63,753 bases of DNA, filler included, from Octopus bimaculoides (GCF_001194135.2; 7 parts of 5 records of this genome joined end to end with filler, not necessarily neighbours in it), one strand, 5' to 3'. Shown: positions 39,551-52,324, counted from the whole stretch's first letter. Translations and numbers: made by a program. Notes: generated from the sequence alone by a model not told the origin.

Positions 39551-41175
39551 TACTGTCTACATTTAACTGTATTACCACCGGAAGGGTTTCATTTGTTATT
39601 GTATCTTCCGATGACAAATTTAAATGCACTCCGTTTTTCAGTGATTTACTTAGAACCTTGCAGTTAACTTATCTCGTGAGAGATTAATAGATGTTGTGCA
39701 TCATGTAATGAATTACCTGGTAGCACAAGCTCATATGCAAATCCTGTATGGGCTTAATGTACGGATGTATAGCATGAAGCTTTGCCTTGGAGTAAATTGA
39801 AGACCTTTACTATTCACTGCATCCGCTGATACTCGAGATACATAATGAATGACAATGATAAAACGGAAGGCGTTAAATTATCACCTTTTAGAATTGCTGC
39901 AATTACATCAAAGTTCTTTCTTTATATGGATGATTTTAAATATCTAGAATACCTGTGATGAGCTCATAAAAGGATTTCTTCACCCAGAAGGCAGTGTCAG
40001 GGTCAGCTTGCAACGAACAGGCCAATATTTGGATAACTGATTTAAGCCGAACCTTTAAAATCAATATCTTCCGTGTTCGCATTTAGCCACTTCTATTTAT
40101 TGTATGTTTCGGTGACACAAACACTTTCTATAAGATTTCAAGAACAATTAGATAAAATTCTAAGTTTGGTAAGAAATCATTCACGCAATACACATCCAAT
40201 ACTAAAAGAAATTTATGGGCTTCACTTCTTATGCCACAAAACGTAACCAAGGTAGAATAGAATTTACTGCACACTATTTCAGAGCATGAATTAGCCTCAT
40301 CCTTTGTCCTTTGAATACTCTGGACAACGAATTGGTAAAGAAGTTATAGCGATAAACCAAGAGTCAGCATATTTGATCTATCTTAATGCGTTCTGGGTTC
40401 AAATCGCGGAGAGGTAACCTTGCATTTAATCTTTTCAAGGTCGATAAAAAAAGTATCAATCCAGGGCGATAGATTTGGCAGTGTATGAAAATCAGACCGG
40501 ATGCTTTGCAGTGATTGTTCAGGCTGTTTAGGTTCTGAGATCAAATCTCACCACAGCTACTTCGGTTGTATACTTAACCCGTTGTCCGGTTTTACACTAC
40601 CATTGATACATTGGGTACATTTAGTGAACCCCACTCTGTTTCCAGCATTCGGCCTAGGCTTCCGGTTCGAGAATACCCTCCTCTGTAATGTGTCTTGAAA
40701 AAAACTTTCCCTCTTGATTAATAAATTGGTAACAAACGCTGCTAAGAAATGTCTTAAACTCCCCTGTCCCAGTGATACGGTTAGAAATTCAGACTAAGCC
40801 TCAAGAGATACATTTGTGTCCATAGAATATGATTAATGCTTTATTTTATTTAACCTTCATCTGTCGTTCACGACAAGAGAATCCATCATATATGTATTAA
40901 TATGATATATAGGTACATAGACATGTTATTGATGTCTTAAGAATTTTATAAACTTTCGAGAGAACGTGAAATGATTGTTTTGTTATGTTTTGTTTTTTGG
41001 AAAGATCTCGAAGCACATCCTACAAAGCTATAAATAAGAACATGTAAATATTCGGTTGGTTTGTGTGAAACATTCTAATAGATGTTTTAACTGAATAGGA
41101 AAAAAAACAAAGAACTGTTATTATTATAATATATAATAGACTGGCGTTAATGTATTTCAATATGAGGGCGGCGAA

Positions 41176-41400
41176 GGCGGCGAGCTGGCAGAAACGTTAG
41201 CACGCCGGGCGAAATGCTTAGCGTTATTTCGTGTGCCGCTACGTTCTGAGTTCAAACCCCACCGAGGTCAACTTTGCCTTTCATCCTTTCGGGGTCGATT
41301 ACATAAGTGCCAATTACGCACTGGGGGGGTCGATGTAATCGACTTAGTCCTTGTTTGTCCCCTCTACGTTTAATCCCCTGTGGGGAATAAAGAAATAAAT
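41176..41400 (+). mobile_element. SINE family C copy
   Basis: Near-identical to 25998-26230. Confidence 0.9.
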
Positions 41401-41781
41401 GTATTTCAATATATATAAAGATGATGATGATGATGATGAAGGATGGATGAGGAGAAGGAGGTGGTGGTGGAGGCAGGGGGAAGAATGTGGAGTTGATAGT
41501 TGTAATTTAGATGATGGTAAGTTTGATATTGGTGAGAAATGCCTATTCCGAATTTAAACTCAAAATAAAATTGATTATTGTCAGGAGGGATTTGGAATAA
41601 ATAACTGTCATTTGGGTTTCATTTTTTCCAATCACTGACTAAGAAATGATGATGCTGTTTTTTGAAATGATCATTCAAGCGCGTGTTTAAGGAAAGGTCA
41701 AAAGGAGTTCGACATACATACATACACACATAAACACAATGATGTCAAACACACACATATATGTATATGAGTATTTGTATT

Positions 41782-41822
<41 letters not shown>

Positions 41823-41903
41823 GTAAATATAGATAGAGAGATAGATAGTTAGATAGATAGATATAGATATAGATATAGATATAGATATGTATATGTGTGT
41901 GTG

Positions 41904-41941
<38 letters not shown>

Positions 41942-42055
41942 CGTAAATATATATATATATATCTATACAGTTCTATATTTAAGAGATGAGGAATTATGTA
42001 CATTATCTACATTATTTACTTTTGGCGGATATTTGTCCTCATCTTCTTTGTTGTT

Positions 42056-42100
42056 AACACAACGTTTCGGTTGTATACCTTCCAGCCTTTATCAGGTGTC
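42056..42100 (-). ncRNA. Minimal type-I hammerhead-like motif (G8A, probably inactive) in a Penelope-type terminal repeat fragment (~41970-42150)
   Basis: Minus strand: GACAC CTGATAA A GGCTG GAAGGTATA CAACC GAAAC GTT GTGTT. It has a 5-bp stem I and an AACGTT palindrome at stem III. Confidence 0.6.
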
Positions 42101-42151
42101 TTGGGGAAATTTCGAATTGGACTTTCATTCCCAGAGTATTTTTCGATGTTG

Positions 42152-42184
<33 letters not shown>

Positions 42185-42194
42185 NNNNNNNNNN

Positions 42195-42238
<44 letters not shown>

Positions 42239-43566
42239 GAGTTACTGCCTGAAATCGAACTCGGAATCTTAGATCAAGCCTTATTAGATCTGTGAACAAT
42301 TTGCATCTCATTCTTCCAGTGTCAATAGAATAAAGTACCAGTCAAGTACAGCAATGACCCCCACCAGTGCATGGCTCCATTCAATATTGCTGGCTTAAAT
42401 TAGATTATGATTATTGTTCTGCTTATCGTACAGCATTTGTTGAGATGCTGTAATACGGGTGCCAGTTGTCTACAATCAAAAGATTTAGGTAGTACCTTCA
42501 ATTGTCAAGTATTTTTTACAAGTATTCTAGCATTTCCAATGAGTGTTGTCTTCAATCCTAGTGCTCACAATACCAAGCACCCCAACAACAACGGGACCAC
42601 CTCAACCTTTCCCACTGCCCACAAATATTTTATCTCTCGGGGAAGTAGTTCATATCCCTCAATGTTTTTCTTTTTTGTTTTTTGTTTTTTTTTTCTCAAT
42701 TTTTTGTCACAAATCTTATTAGCTGAACAAAGCTGAAGAAGAAGAAGAGATTTTCCTAGGGTGTCACGCAGTTGGACTGTGGCCGGAACCATCTGGATGT
42801 GAAGCAAGCTTCTTACCACGCAACCACATCTGCATTTATCTGCATTTTTCATCAAGAATTTTAACAAAGCAATCAATATTTTTTCCTTCATTCTTCACGG
42901 CTTCTTGTCAATAAACAGTGAAGGAGAATACATAAATTGACTCATCTGTGAAAAATTGTTGCAGAAGAAGGATTAAAATAAGCGAAGAAAAAAAGAAAAA
43001 AACGAACGAATTTATCAGACAAACCAATATCAATGGGATGACGTAATATACACTTGCTAACTTTGTCCATCTGGTCGTTTAAAGGTTTCTGTTCACCACT
43101 TCTTCATGCCTGAGACACACGCAGTTTCCATAGAGTCTTATTGCCAGTGACTGCTTCTAAGTACCCTGTATTCATGTTGATCGCTTTCATGCCATGCTTA
43201 CGCCATTAACCGATCAATTTTACCAAGTTTCGATGCTCAACGGATCGTTATTTTGAAAAGTTACGCAATTAAATGCAATTATACAATCATGTAATTATCC
43301 GCTTTGCAATTAAGCGGAATCGATTGCAGAGATATTGTACATTGTCATATGAGATGTAAAAACTTAGGCATGTCACGTTGTGCTTGTCGATCCGAGTGTA
43401 TATCTGCGTGTGCGCGGTGCGTTAATGCGAATCATAGTATATATGCATAAGAAATATATATAATCTATATAATTTGTATGCATGTGTGCGCGTACCTCTT
43501 GATATATCTAATTATGTTTGTATCTGTATGTGTATGGGATTATATATATTTGTTTGTAGCTTTGAG

Positions 43567-43597
<31 letters not shown>

Positions 43598-43681
43598 GTG
43601 ACAAATATGTATATAAATATATGTATTTATATACGCACATATACATCTGTACATATATAAATATATATATACATATGTAAT

Positions 43682-43735
<54 letters not shown>

Positions 43736-44117
43736 NNNNNNNNNNNNNNNNNNNNNNNNNNNNNNNNNNNNNNNNNNNNNNNNNNNNNNNNNNNNNNNNN
43801 NNNNNNNNNNNNNNNNNNNNNNNNNNNNNNNNNNNNNNNNNNNNNNNNNNNNNNNNNNNNNNNNNNNNNNNNNNNNNNNNNNNNNNNNNNNNNNNNNNNN
43901 NNNNNNNNNNNNNNNNNNNNNNNNNNNNNNNNNNNNNNNNNNNNNNNNNNNNNNNNNNNNNNNNNNNNNNNNNNNNNNNNNNNNNNNNNNNNNNNNNNNN
44001 NNNNNNNNNNNNNNNNNNNNNNNNNNNNNNNNNNNNNNNNNNNNNNNNNNNNNNNNNNNNNNNNNNNNNNNNNNNNNNNNNNNNNNNNNNNNNNNNNNNN
44101 NNNNNNNNNNNNNNNNN

Positions 44118-44157
<40 letters not shown>

Positions 44158-45580
44158 CCCCTTTATATATATGCTTTATCTGTCTCTTCTATTTTCCCTC
44201 TAACCTGCTTTCTTTCTCTCTCTCTCTCCCTTCCTCATTCTCTCTTCCCTATCTACATCACATTCTCCCTATCACATTCCTTCCCCCATCACAACATTTC
44301 CATCTGGAGTTGCGTGTAATCCAACATTTTTGCATTCTGTGACTCAGATGGCTGAACTAAAGCCAGATACAATATTAAACAAGGATTCGCGAACGAGAAG
44401 GGTGGAGGCGCCACGGAACGGAGAGTCAGGGAATGATGTAAATGAGAATGTATGTAGAGGTATAAAGTCGGGTTTAGTGTCGATAAAGAGGCCAGTTTGT
44501 TGTAATCACCCGTTGGGAAAACTTATCGAGAAACAACATGAAATACAACGAGAATACCAAAAATCGATCTGTTGTGTTCGTTCATCGATATGTGTAATTA
44601 ATGTATTTATTTATGCGCATCTGTATGCTTTTATATACATAGATATATGCACACGTATATATGTATGTATGATATGTGCATGCTTGTATATTGGCAAATA
44701 CAGAGAAGTATATATATATATATATNNNNNNNNNNNNNNNNNNNNNNNNNNNNNNNNNNNNNNNNNNNNNNNNNNNNNNNNNNNNNNNNNNNNNNNNNNN
44801 NNNNNNNNNNNNNNNNNNNNNNNNNNNNNNNNNNNNNNNNNNNNNNNNNNNNNNNNNNNNNNNNNNNNNNNNNNNNNNNNNNNNNNNNNNNNNNNNNNNN
44901 NNNNNNNNNNNNNNNNNNNNNNNNNNNNNNNNNNNNNNNNNNNNNNNNNNNNNNNNNNNNNNNNNNNNNNNNNNNNNNNNNNNNNNNNNNNNNNNNNNNN
45001 NNNNNNNNNNNNNNNNNNNNNNNNNNNNNNNNNNNNNNNNNNNNNNNNNNNNNNNNNNNNNNNNNNNNNNNNNNNNNNNNNNNNNNNNNNNNNNNNNNNN
45101 NNNNNNNNNNNNNNNNNNNNNNNNNNNNNNNNNNNNNNNNNNNNNNNNNNNNNNNNNNNNNNNNNNNNNNNNNNNNNNNNNNNNNNNNNNNNNNNNNNNN
45201 NNNNNNNNNNNNNNNNNNNNNNNNNNNNNNNNNNNNNNNNNNNNNNNNNNNNNNNNNNNNNNNNNNNNNNNNNNNNNNNNNNNNNNNNNNNNNNNNNNNN
45301 NNNNNNNNNNNNNNNNNNNNNNNNNNNNNNNNNNNNNNNNNNNNNNNNNNNNNNNNNNNNNNNNNNNNNNNNNNNNNNNNNNNNNNNNNNNNNNNNNNNN
45401 NNNNNNNNNNNNNNNNNNNNNNNNNNNNNNNNNNNNNNNNNNNNNNNNNNNNNNNNNNNNNNNNNNNNNNNNNNNNNNNNNNNNNNNNNNNNNNNNNNNN
45501 NNNNNNNNNNNNNNNNNNNNNNNNNNNNNNNNNNNNNNNNNNNNNNNNNNNNNNNNNNNNNNNNNNNNNNNNNNNNNNNN

Positions 45581-45639
<59 letters not shown>

Positions 45640-45788
45640 ACTGACATGTATCCATAGCGTATCAGCCAAAAGTAACTGATATCTCTTCTCATTTTTCAAG
45701 CAGAATATAGTGTTGTATAAATAATGACTATATAACTATTCGGACCGTCTCTATCGTTCTGCTACCAGTGTTGTTAAAGATTATTATT

Positions 45789-45838
<50 letters not shown>

Positions 45839-45840
45839 TA

Positions 45841-45897
<57 letters not shown>

Positions 45898-45919
45898 CAT
45901 TATTATTATTATCATCATC

Positions 45920-45969
<50 letters not shown>

Positions 45970-47099
45970 CGGTGGTGGTGGTGGTGGTATTGATAGTGTT
46001 TTTGCTAACGGTATTATTTCCACAATCATCAGCATCGTCATCATCGTCATCACCTCTATTATCATCATTATCGTTTGTTCCTTTTTTTTTCTCGTTGGCA
46101 TTTTTTTTTTTTTTTTTTTTTTTTGCATAATTATTCCGTTATCTCAATGGCATTTCACCAGAAATCCCTAGAAACCGACCGTAAGTGATATTGATAGTGA
46201 AATCGAACTAATTTTTTCCGACGAGATTTACTACTACCAGGTCAGTACGGAGCAGATAATATGCTTCCTAATTTAACTTTGTAAACTAAACTACATGCTT
46301 TATCATCGTCATCACCATCTTCACCATCATCATCATCACCATCTTCCTCATCATCATCATCATCAACTTCATCATCATCCTTGTGATATTAATATCATTA
46401 TTATTGGCACAACTGAATGGATCTACTCTGATCGTACGTAGGAGGAAAAAAACGAGAAGATGGCGTTTTTCATGCCTTAGTGGTTCGTGGCATTGTAATC
46501 CGGGATTTTGGCGTGGGATTTATCCCGAATTACACGTTAGTACACTGCCCCGCTATTAGGGATTCTATTTATCAATTATTTATTTCTCTAACTTGTATTT
46601 GTGTATCTTTTGTTGAATCCTTTAGTGTTGTAGTGTGTCCCTTTTATCGATGCGAACCCCACCTGTTTCGTGTGCTGTAGCATGTCATTTGATATTGTCT
46701 TCCATGTCCTGGGCCCTTGTGCCCAATAAAAGAAATCATCATCATTATCTTTATTGTTATATTTTTCTTCTTTCAATTTTCTTTCCATTTCTTGCCGAGT
46801 GTCTTCCCAACACCTAGGGCAAAGAAACCCATTGTGTACTACTAGGCCATTAAAATAAATACACCGGATTGTTCATTTACAAATTCGAGTTATGTGATAG
46901 AAAAAAAGAGAGAAAAGAGAAGAATAAAAGAAAAAGAAAATATAGAAAATAGAAAGAGACAAAAAAAAAAGGAAAAAAGATGTAATAGAGGAAAGAAAAG
47001 TCACATCTATTATCATCATCATCATCATCATCATCATCATTATCATCATCATCATCATTATTATTATTATTAATATTATTACCATCATCATTATTATTA

Positions 47100-47641
47100 T
47101 TATTGAGTGAGCGGGCAGCGCATGCCATCAAAGTGACACTAGGGGTACAAATATACGAAGCCCTATATACCCATCATGACTACTCGTCTGAGGCACATGG
47201 ATCACAACAATATGTGCGCGACATGGTGATCTCATATCGAGATAAACAACGCATGACCTCGCAGGTGGGCCCAGTTAGAATTCTCTTCAGTTTGAGTGGC
47301 CCAACCCGCTCAAAAGGTCCCTGAATAAAGTTTAAGGATGTTGAGCAAAACACCAATGTTTCCAAAGGTGAATCATTCAAACCCCAAAGAATTACTCTCA
47401 ACACATGGCTATGATGTTCCCCCACTACTTCTGTTCATGATCAGAGATGCACATACCATCAGCCACCAAGGGACATGCTCACCTGGTTAAGGTCAAACAA
47501 CCAACAAGCAAATCTGTGGTATTGAGCAGAATATTTGTTGTAGCCCATTTTTATACCAAGGCAAAACAATGTACATGATAACACTTCCAATCAATTAAGA
47601 TCAGAAGCCACGAGAGCCACTGCCTGGTACTGCATCCGGAC

Positions 47642-47645
<4 letters not shown>
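47100..47645. mobile_element. Unclassified ~545-bp interspersed repeat between (ATT)n tracts
   Basis: A sharply bounded higher-GC block with no ORF, bracketed by (ATT)n on both sides. It resembles a high-copy retroposon tail as I recall it; not verifiable within the window. Confidence 0.45.
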
Positions 47646-47711
<66 letters not shown>

Positions 47712-48448
47712 GAAGACTTCCTCTCTGAATACGTTTCTGCCACACTGCTGACAATTAAATCCCTTAATATCTTTTTTAAGTACTTGCTAATCTTACCATG
47801 CAGTCTGATAGGATAAAAATTGTACTATCTTTTGAAGTTCGTCTGTTTGTTTAGTTAGAACATGGAAAAACGATCTCAATAAATCTCACCGTCTTTCTCC
47901 CTCTCTCTCGCTGTCTCTCCCTTGCTTTCCTCTCTTCCACTCATTCTGTTTCTCTCTCTGTCACTAATTCTCTCTCGCACTTATTCTCTCTCTCTCTTTC
48001 TCTCTCTCGCTCTCTCTCCATATTTTCGCTCCTAAATAGTCACATTGAGATATTGAAACCATCGCTAAGGCCCATTACGTTCAGAAAAGATAAGGATTTT
48101 ATAAGAATTGCGGTACATAATTATAAATAATAAATGAGCACTATGTACGAATACGTTTATATGATTTACAGATTAATCAATTCCGATATTCTGTGTTCTG
48201 TTGCGCAATTTTTATCACATATCCAACTAAGGAGCTGGATTCATTGGAGAAAGAGCAATTTAGATTTGCTGTTGTTCATTATGTAGCATATCGCCAGTAT
48301 AGTGTTACTTCGTAATAAAGTTACTGAGTAAGTGAGGGAGCCTTTGTATACCTACTCGACCTGCTAGAAATAATGCCAAATTGTCACTTAATCTAATACT
48401 AATCATATTAAAAGTCGAAGACATATCAAAACTTTTTAATTTTAAAAG

Positions 48449-48544
48449 GCGCAGATATGGCTCAGCGCAGGTATGGTTAGACGCAGGCACGGTTAGGCGC
48501 AGATACAGTTAGGCGCAGGCACGGTTAGGCGCAGTCAAGGTTAG
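48449..48544 (+). repeat. 16-bp minisatellite, 6 copies, consensus GCGCAGGCACGGTTAG
   Basis: Read directly: GCGCAGATATGGCTCA, GCGCAGGTATGGTTAG, ACGCAGGCACGGTTAG, GCGCAGATACAGTTAG, GCGCAGGCACGGTTAG, GCGCAGTCAAGGTTAG. Confidence 0.95.
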
Positions 48545-48937
48545 TCTGCATATAATTATATCATTAATATCAAACAAGCGTTCCACGCATTTTGCAATAT
48601 GTCGCCCTACACGATTCTCTGACATTATATAATTCAGTTATGAATAACTGTATTTTATTGAAAAATAAATATTTGTAAGATGGTATAAGACTACAAAAGA
48701 ATATATTAGACTTTAAAAGGCTTTAAAAGATTTTAAAGACTTTAAAAGATTTTATAAGAAGTGTTGAAAATGCTGAAAACTTACCGGTATATTATATAAA
48801 ATGTGCCACGTTTTTTGTAATATACCGCTTCAGAGTATATTTTCAAATCTTGAGGCATTCTCCAAATACCAGGTTTTCTCTTCACAAAATCCCTCCAAAG
48901 CATAATGAACAAGCATTGCTTGTGTATACTTAGGATT

Positions 48938-49165
48938 TTAACCATTAAATCCTACTGTCCTATAAATAGGACACTAAATGAGAACATAAAATAAGCTATA
49001 TCATATTGTCTCAGTGTTCTATTTATAGGACACCGAGTATTTCCATTTCTTCTTGATGTAAAGGAGTTTTAATAATTTTTTTCCCTTTTAACCTATTTCC
49101 AATCATCTGTAAAAATTTAAAAGTAATATTCTGAAATTTAAGTACTCTGGTACTCAATGGGTTAA
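48938..49165. mobile_element. Probable piggyBac-type MITE
   Basis: TTAA-CCATT...AATGGG-TTAA ends with an internal 20-bp inverted repeat TGTCCTATAAATAGGACACT / AGTGTTCTATTTATAGGACA (48956-49032). Confidence 0.5.
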
Positions 49166-49219
49166 ATTGAATTTCATTAACGACGAACGAAAGCAGCATT
49201 AGATAAACATTTCTGAATG

Positions 49220-49532
49220 CATGTACCAGTTGATTACTGGGGTTGATGTAATCGACTATCTCGCTCCCCTAAATTTCAGGCCTTGTGCCTAATAATAGAA
49301 AGGATTAACATAAGACATTGAGTTCAAAGTTCAGCAGAAGGTTCAGCAATTTCTAGGGAAATCGTAGTCGTTTACTTCGACCTCAGTGCTCAGCTGGTAC
49401 TTATTTTATCGACCCCGAAAGGATAAAAAGGCACAGTCAACCTCGACTGAATTTGAACACAGAACGTAAAGATGAGCGAAATGCCACTAAGCATTTTGCC
49501 CACTGCGTTAACGATTCTGCCAGCTTACCGCC
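49220..49532 (-). mobile_element. SINE family C copy plus a second fragment
   Basis: Reverse complement of the family C head and central domain. Confidence 0.75.
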
Positions 49533-49943
49533 ATAATATTATCCTAAAAATATTTCAAAGGTAGTCATAACATTATCTGTTTTGTTTCAATTATTATTAA
49601 AAGGCTATCATCGCTTTTACACGATGTAATAGTTTCAGACAATCTCATGATCTCACATGAAGTGGAACTCCAAAGTAGCTAAGTAAAGCAGGTCTCTAGG
49701 GAAATTGGTTGTGACATGATGCCGACGATATAGATACTGTGAAGTCGTAAGTTCGTATACTGTAGGGAGAAAGATTTGGCTGTTTGCCTTTTCGTCTGAA
49801 AGTGAGAGAAAAACGTTCTCGCCATCTCTCTCAGAGACAATTTCCTCTTCTTTCAGTCTCCCGCTTTTCTCACTCTCCCACCCTCTCTCTCTTTCCTTGT
49901 CTCTCTCTCTCTCACCCCATCTATCTAGATTTCTTTCAGTCTA

Positions 49944-49983
<40 letters not shown>

Positions 49984-51015
49984 CCGAAACGTTCAAGTTT
50001 TCCTAACTTACGAAAATAGAGAAACGCAAGCAATTCACTGAAAAATAGAGAGATCGATTGAAAGATAAGTAATCAGACTGGTTATTGAGATAGATGAATA
50101 GATAGATAGATAGATAGATAGATACATACATACATACATACATACATACATACATACATACATACATACATAGACAGATAGATAGATATTCTGACTTGTA
50201 TATATTGTATGTATCGTTTAATTAAACACACCCTAAAATGTTAATGTCTTTTTATCGATGTAATTTCCGCTTCAACAGAAGTAAATTCATCTTGACCACA
50301 AGCGCTGCGCTTCGTTTTACTAAATGGCCAACGCTCGTACACTATTCCGATGTTATCATATGGCAGTTAGACGCCTTGCTTTACATATATGCACGTTCAG
50401 TTATGGCGTAGCGTTCTGACAACTTGCTATAATTAGCTACATTAAACTACTTTGCGCACACAAGAATACACCACACGCAGACACAAAAACGCAAGCATAT
50501 GCACATATAACAATGAATACAGACTGATGACCTCACCACACACATACACGCACACACACGCCTATATATATAGAGAGAGAGAGACCCACACACATATATG
50601 CATGCATACATTCGCTCGGACACGCGTACGAGTATAGCTACATAATATAAAGAAGCACAGACCTAGAATATAATCCCTACATAGACAATTACACACGGCA
50701 CACACATTAATTCAGAATATATATATACATAAATATATGCCCACGTCTTACTCACGCGAAATATGGACGTTGTGATCCTCGTAAATTGTTTAGCGTTGCT
50801 TATAATGCATCATTATCGTCGCCATTTTAATTGTTATGGCCTTTTACGCGGCTTTCTTTTGTCCAATCATCTTCGATCGGCATTTCTAACTTTATTGAAG
50901 CCTGGCGAATAAAGTCAAGGATGATCTACAATACACGTATACACATATGGTCATACATATGCATTCTTATATACATACGTATTGTACGTATGTATACATA
51001 TATATATGTATACGT

Positions 51016-51352
51016 ACAAAGATACTGCAGCAGCCTCGGTTTCAATGGACCTCAGCTCTTCAATGCCCTGCCAAAACATTTCAGAGACCTGCAAGACACG
51101 GACGTGGAGGTCTTCAAGACAAAACTCGACGCTTTCCTGTCCACGATGCCAGACGAACCAATGGTTCGAAATGAGACACAGTTTAGGGCAGCGATGTCAA
51201 ATTCTCTTATACACCAGATGTGCCATCAAAACTCTTGATTGGACTATATCAGGTGCAGGAGAAGAGCCATGCAAGGAACGTGAAGAGAGCAAAGCATAAA
51301 GACAGAAAATCACGGTGGTGCTCCAGCATGACCACAGCCACTTGGCTGAAAC
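51016..51352 (+). mobile_element. 3' end of a CR1-like LINE
   Basis: Translates to SLGFNGPQLFNALPKHFRDLQDTDVEVFKTKLDAFLSTMPDEP..RAAMSNSLIHQM, then a 3' UTR ending GGTGGTGCTCCAGCATGACCACAGCCACTTGGCTGAAAC. Confidence 0.8.
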
Positions 51353-51790
51353 CCATAAATAAATTTTTTAAAAAATATATATATATATATAATATATGTA
51401 TATATATATATATATGCTTTCAGTGCGAATGGTTTTAATATACGGCGCCGTGTTTTACATTCCTGTAAATAATAATAATGGTATTTATATAAGCTTTTGG
51501 TGTTGTCGGTGATGTTTGTCATCATTGAGGTAAAGCGGTAACATTGTTTAGGTGTTGCTATTCAGTAGCAAGTCAGCCATGATCGAGAAGAATCGTAGTC
51601 AAAATTGTTTCGGCTGTGATTGCCTTAGCATTTTTCTACCAGCCAAAGTATATCTTAGACTATATAGCCCAATGTGCTGTTTCTTCTTCTTCTTTTTGAG
51701 GCTATGACGTGATTTAAAGGATATCTTGGTGGGACTGCTTGCATACAGCCTCACCTGCTTGCCTTCTGATGTAAGCATTACTCTCTTACT

Positions 51791-52201
51791 ATTCTAATTG
51801 TTTCAGTCATTTGACTGTGGCCATGCTGGAGCACCGCCTTTAGTTGAGCAAATCGACCCCAGGACTTATTCTTTGTAAGCCTAGTACTTATTCTATCGAT
51901 CTCTTTTGCCGAACCGCTAAGTTACGGAGGCGTAAATACACCAGCATCAATTGTCAAGCGGTGATGGGGGGGGGACAAACACAGACACACAAACATATAC
52001 ACACGCATACATACATATATATATACATATATATATACGACGGGCTTCTTTCAGTTTCCGTCTACCAAATCCACTCACAAGGCCTTGGTCGCCCTGAGGC
52101 TATAGTAGAAGACACTTGCCCAAGGTACCACGTAGTGTGACTGAACCCGGAACCATGTGATTGGTAAGCAAGCTACTTACCACACAGCCACTCCTGCGCC
52201 T
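51791..52201 (-). mobile_element. Near full-length tRNA-derived SINE (family B here)
   Basis: Head GGCGCAGGAGTGGCTGTGTGGTAAG..GGTTCAGTC (A/B boxes), CORE-like CTTGGGCAAGTGTC, an internal (CA/TA) tract, and a tail GGTGCTCCAGCATGGCCACAGTCAAATGACTGAAAC shared with the CR1-like LINE. Confidence 0.9.
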
Positions 52202-52324
52202 ATTAGATAATTAATAATTCCGTTACGAGTGGATAGTGTTCGGTAACTGTGTTCAGTAGTTTTAACAACGGGAATGTTTGTTTTATAAATATATATGTGT
52301 GTGTGTATGTTCTTGCGAGTCTGC

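Noticed and set aside
46155-46188. TCAC..GAAAC CGACC GTA AGTGA half-hammerhead
   Set aside because: There is no CUGANGA core and no stem II.
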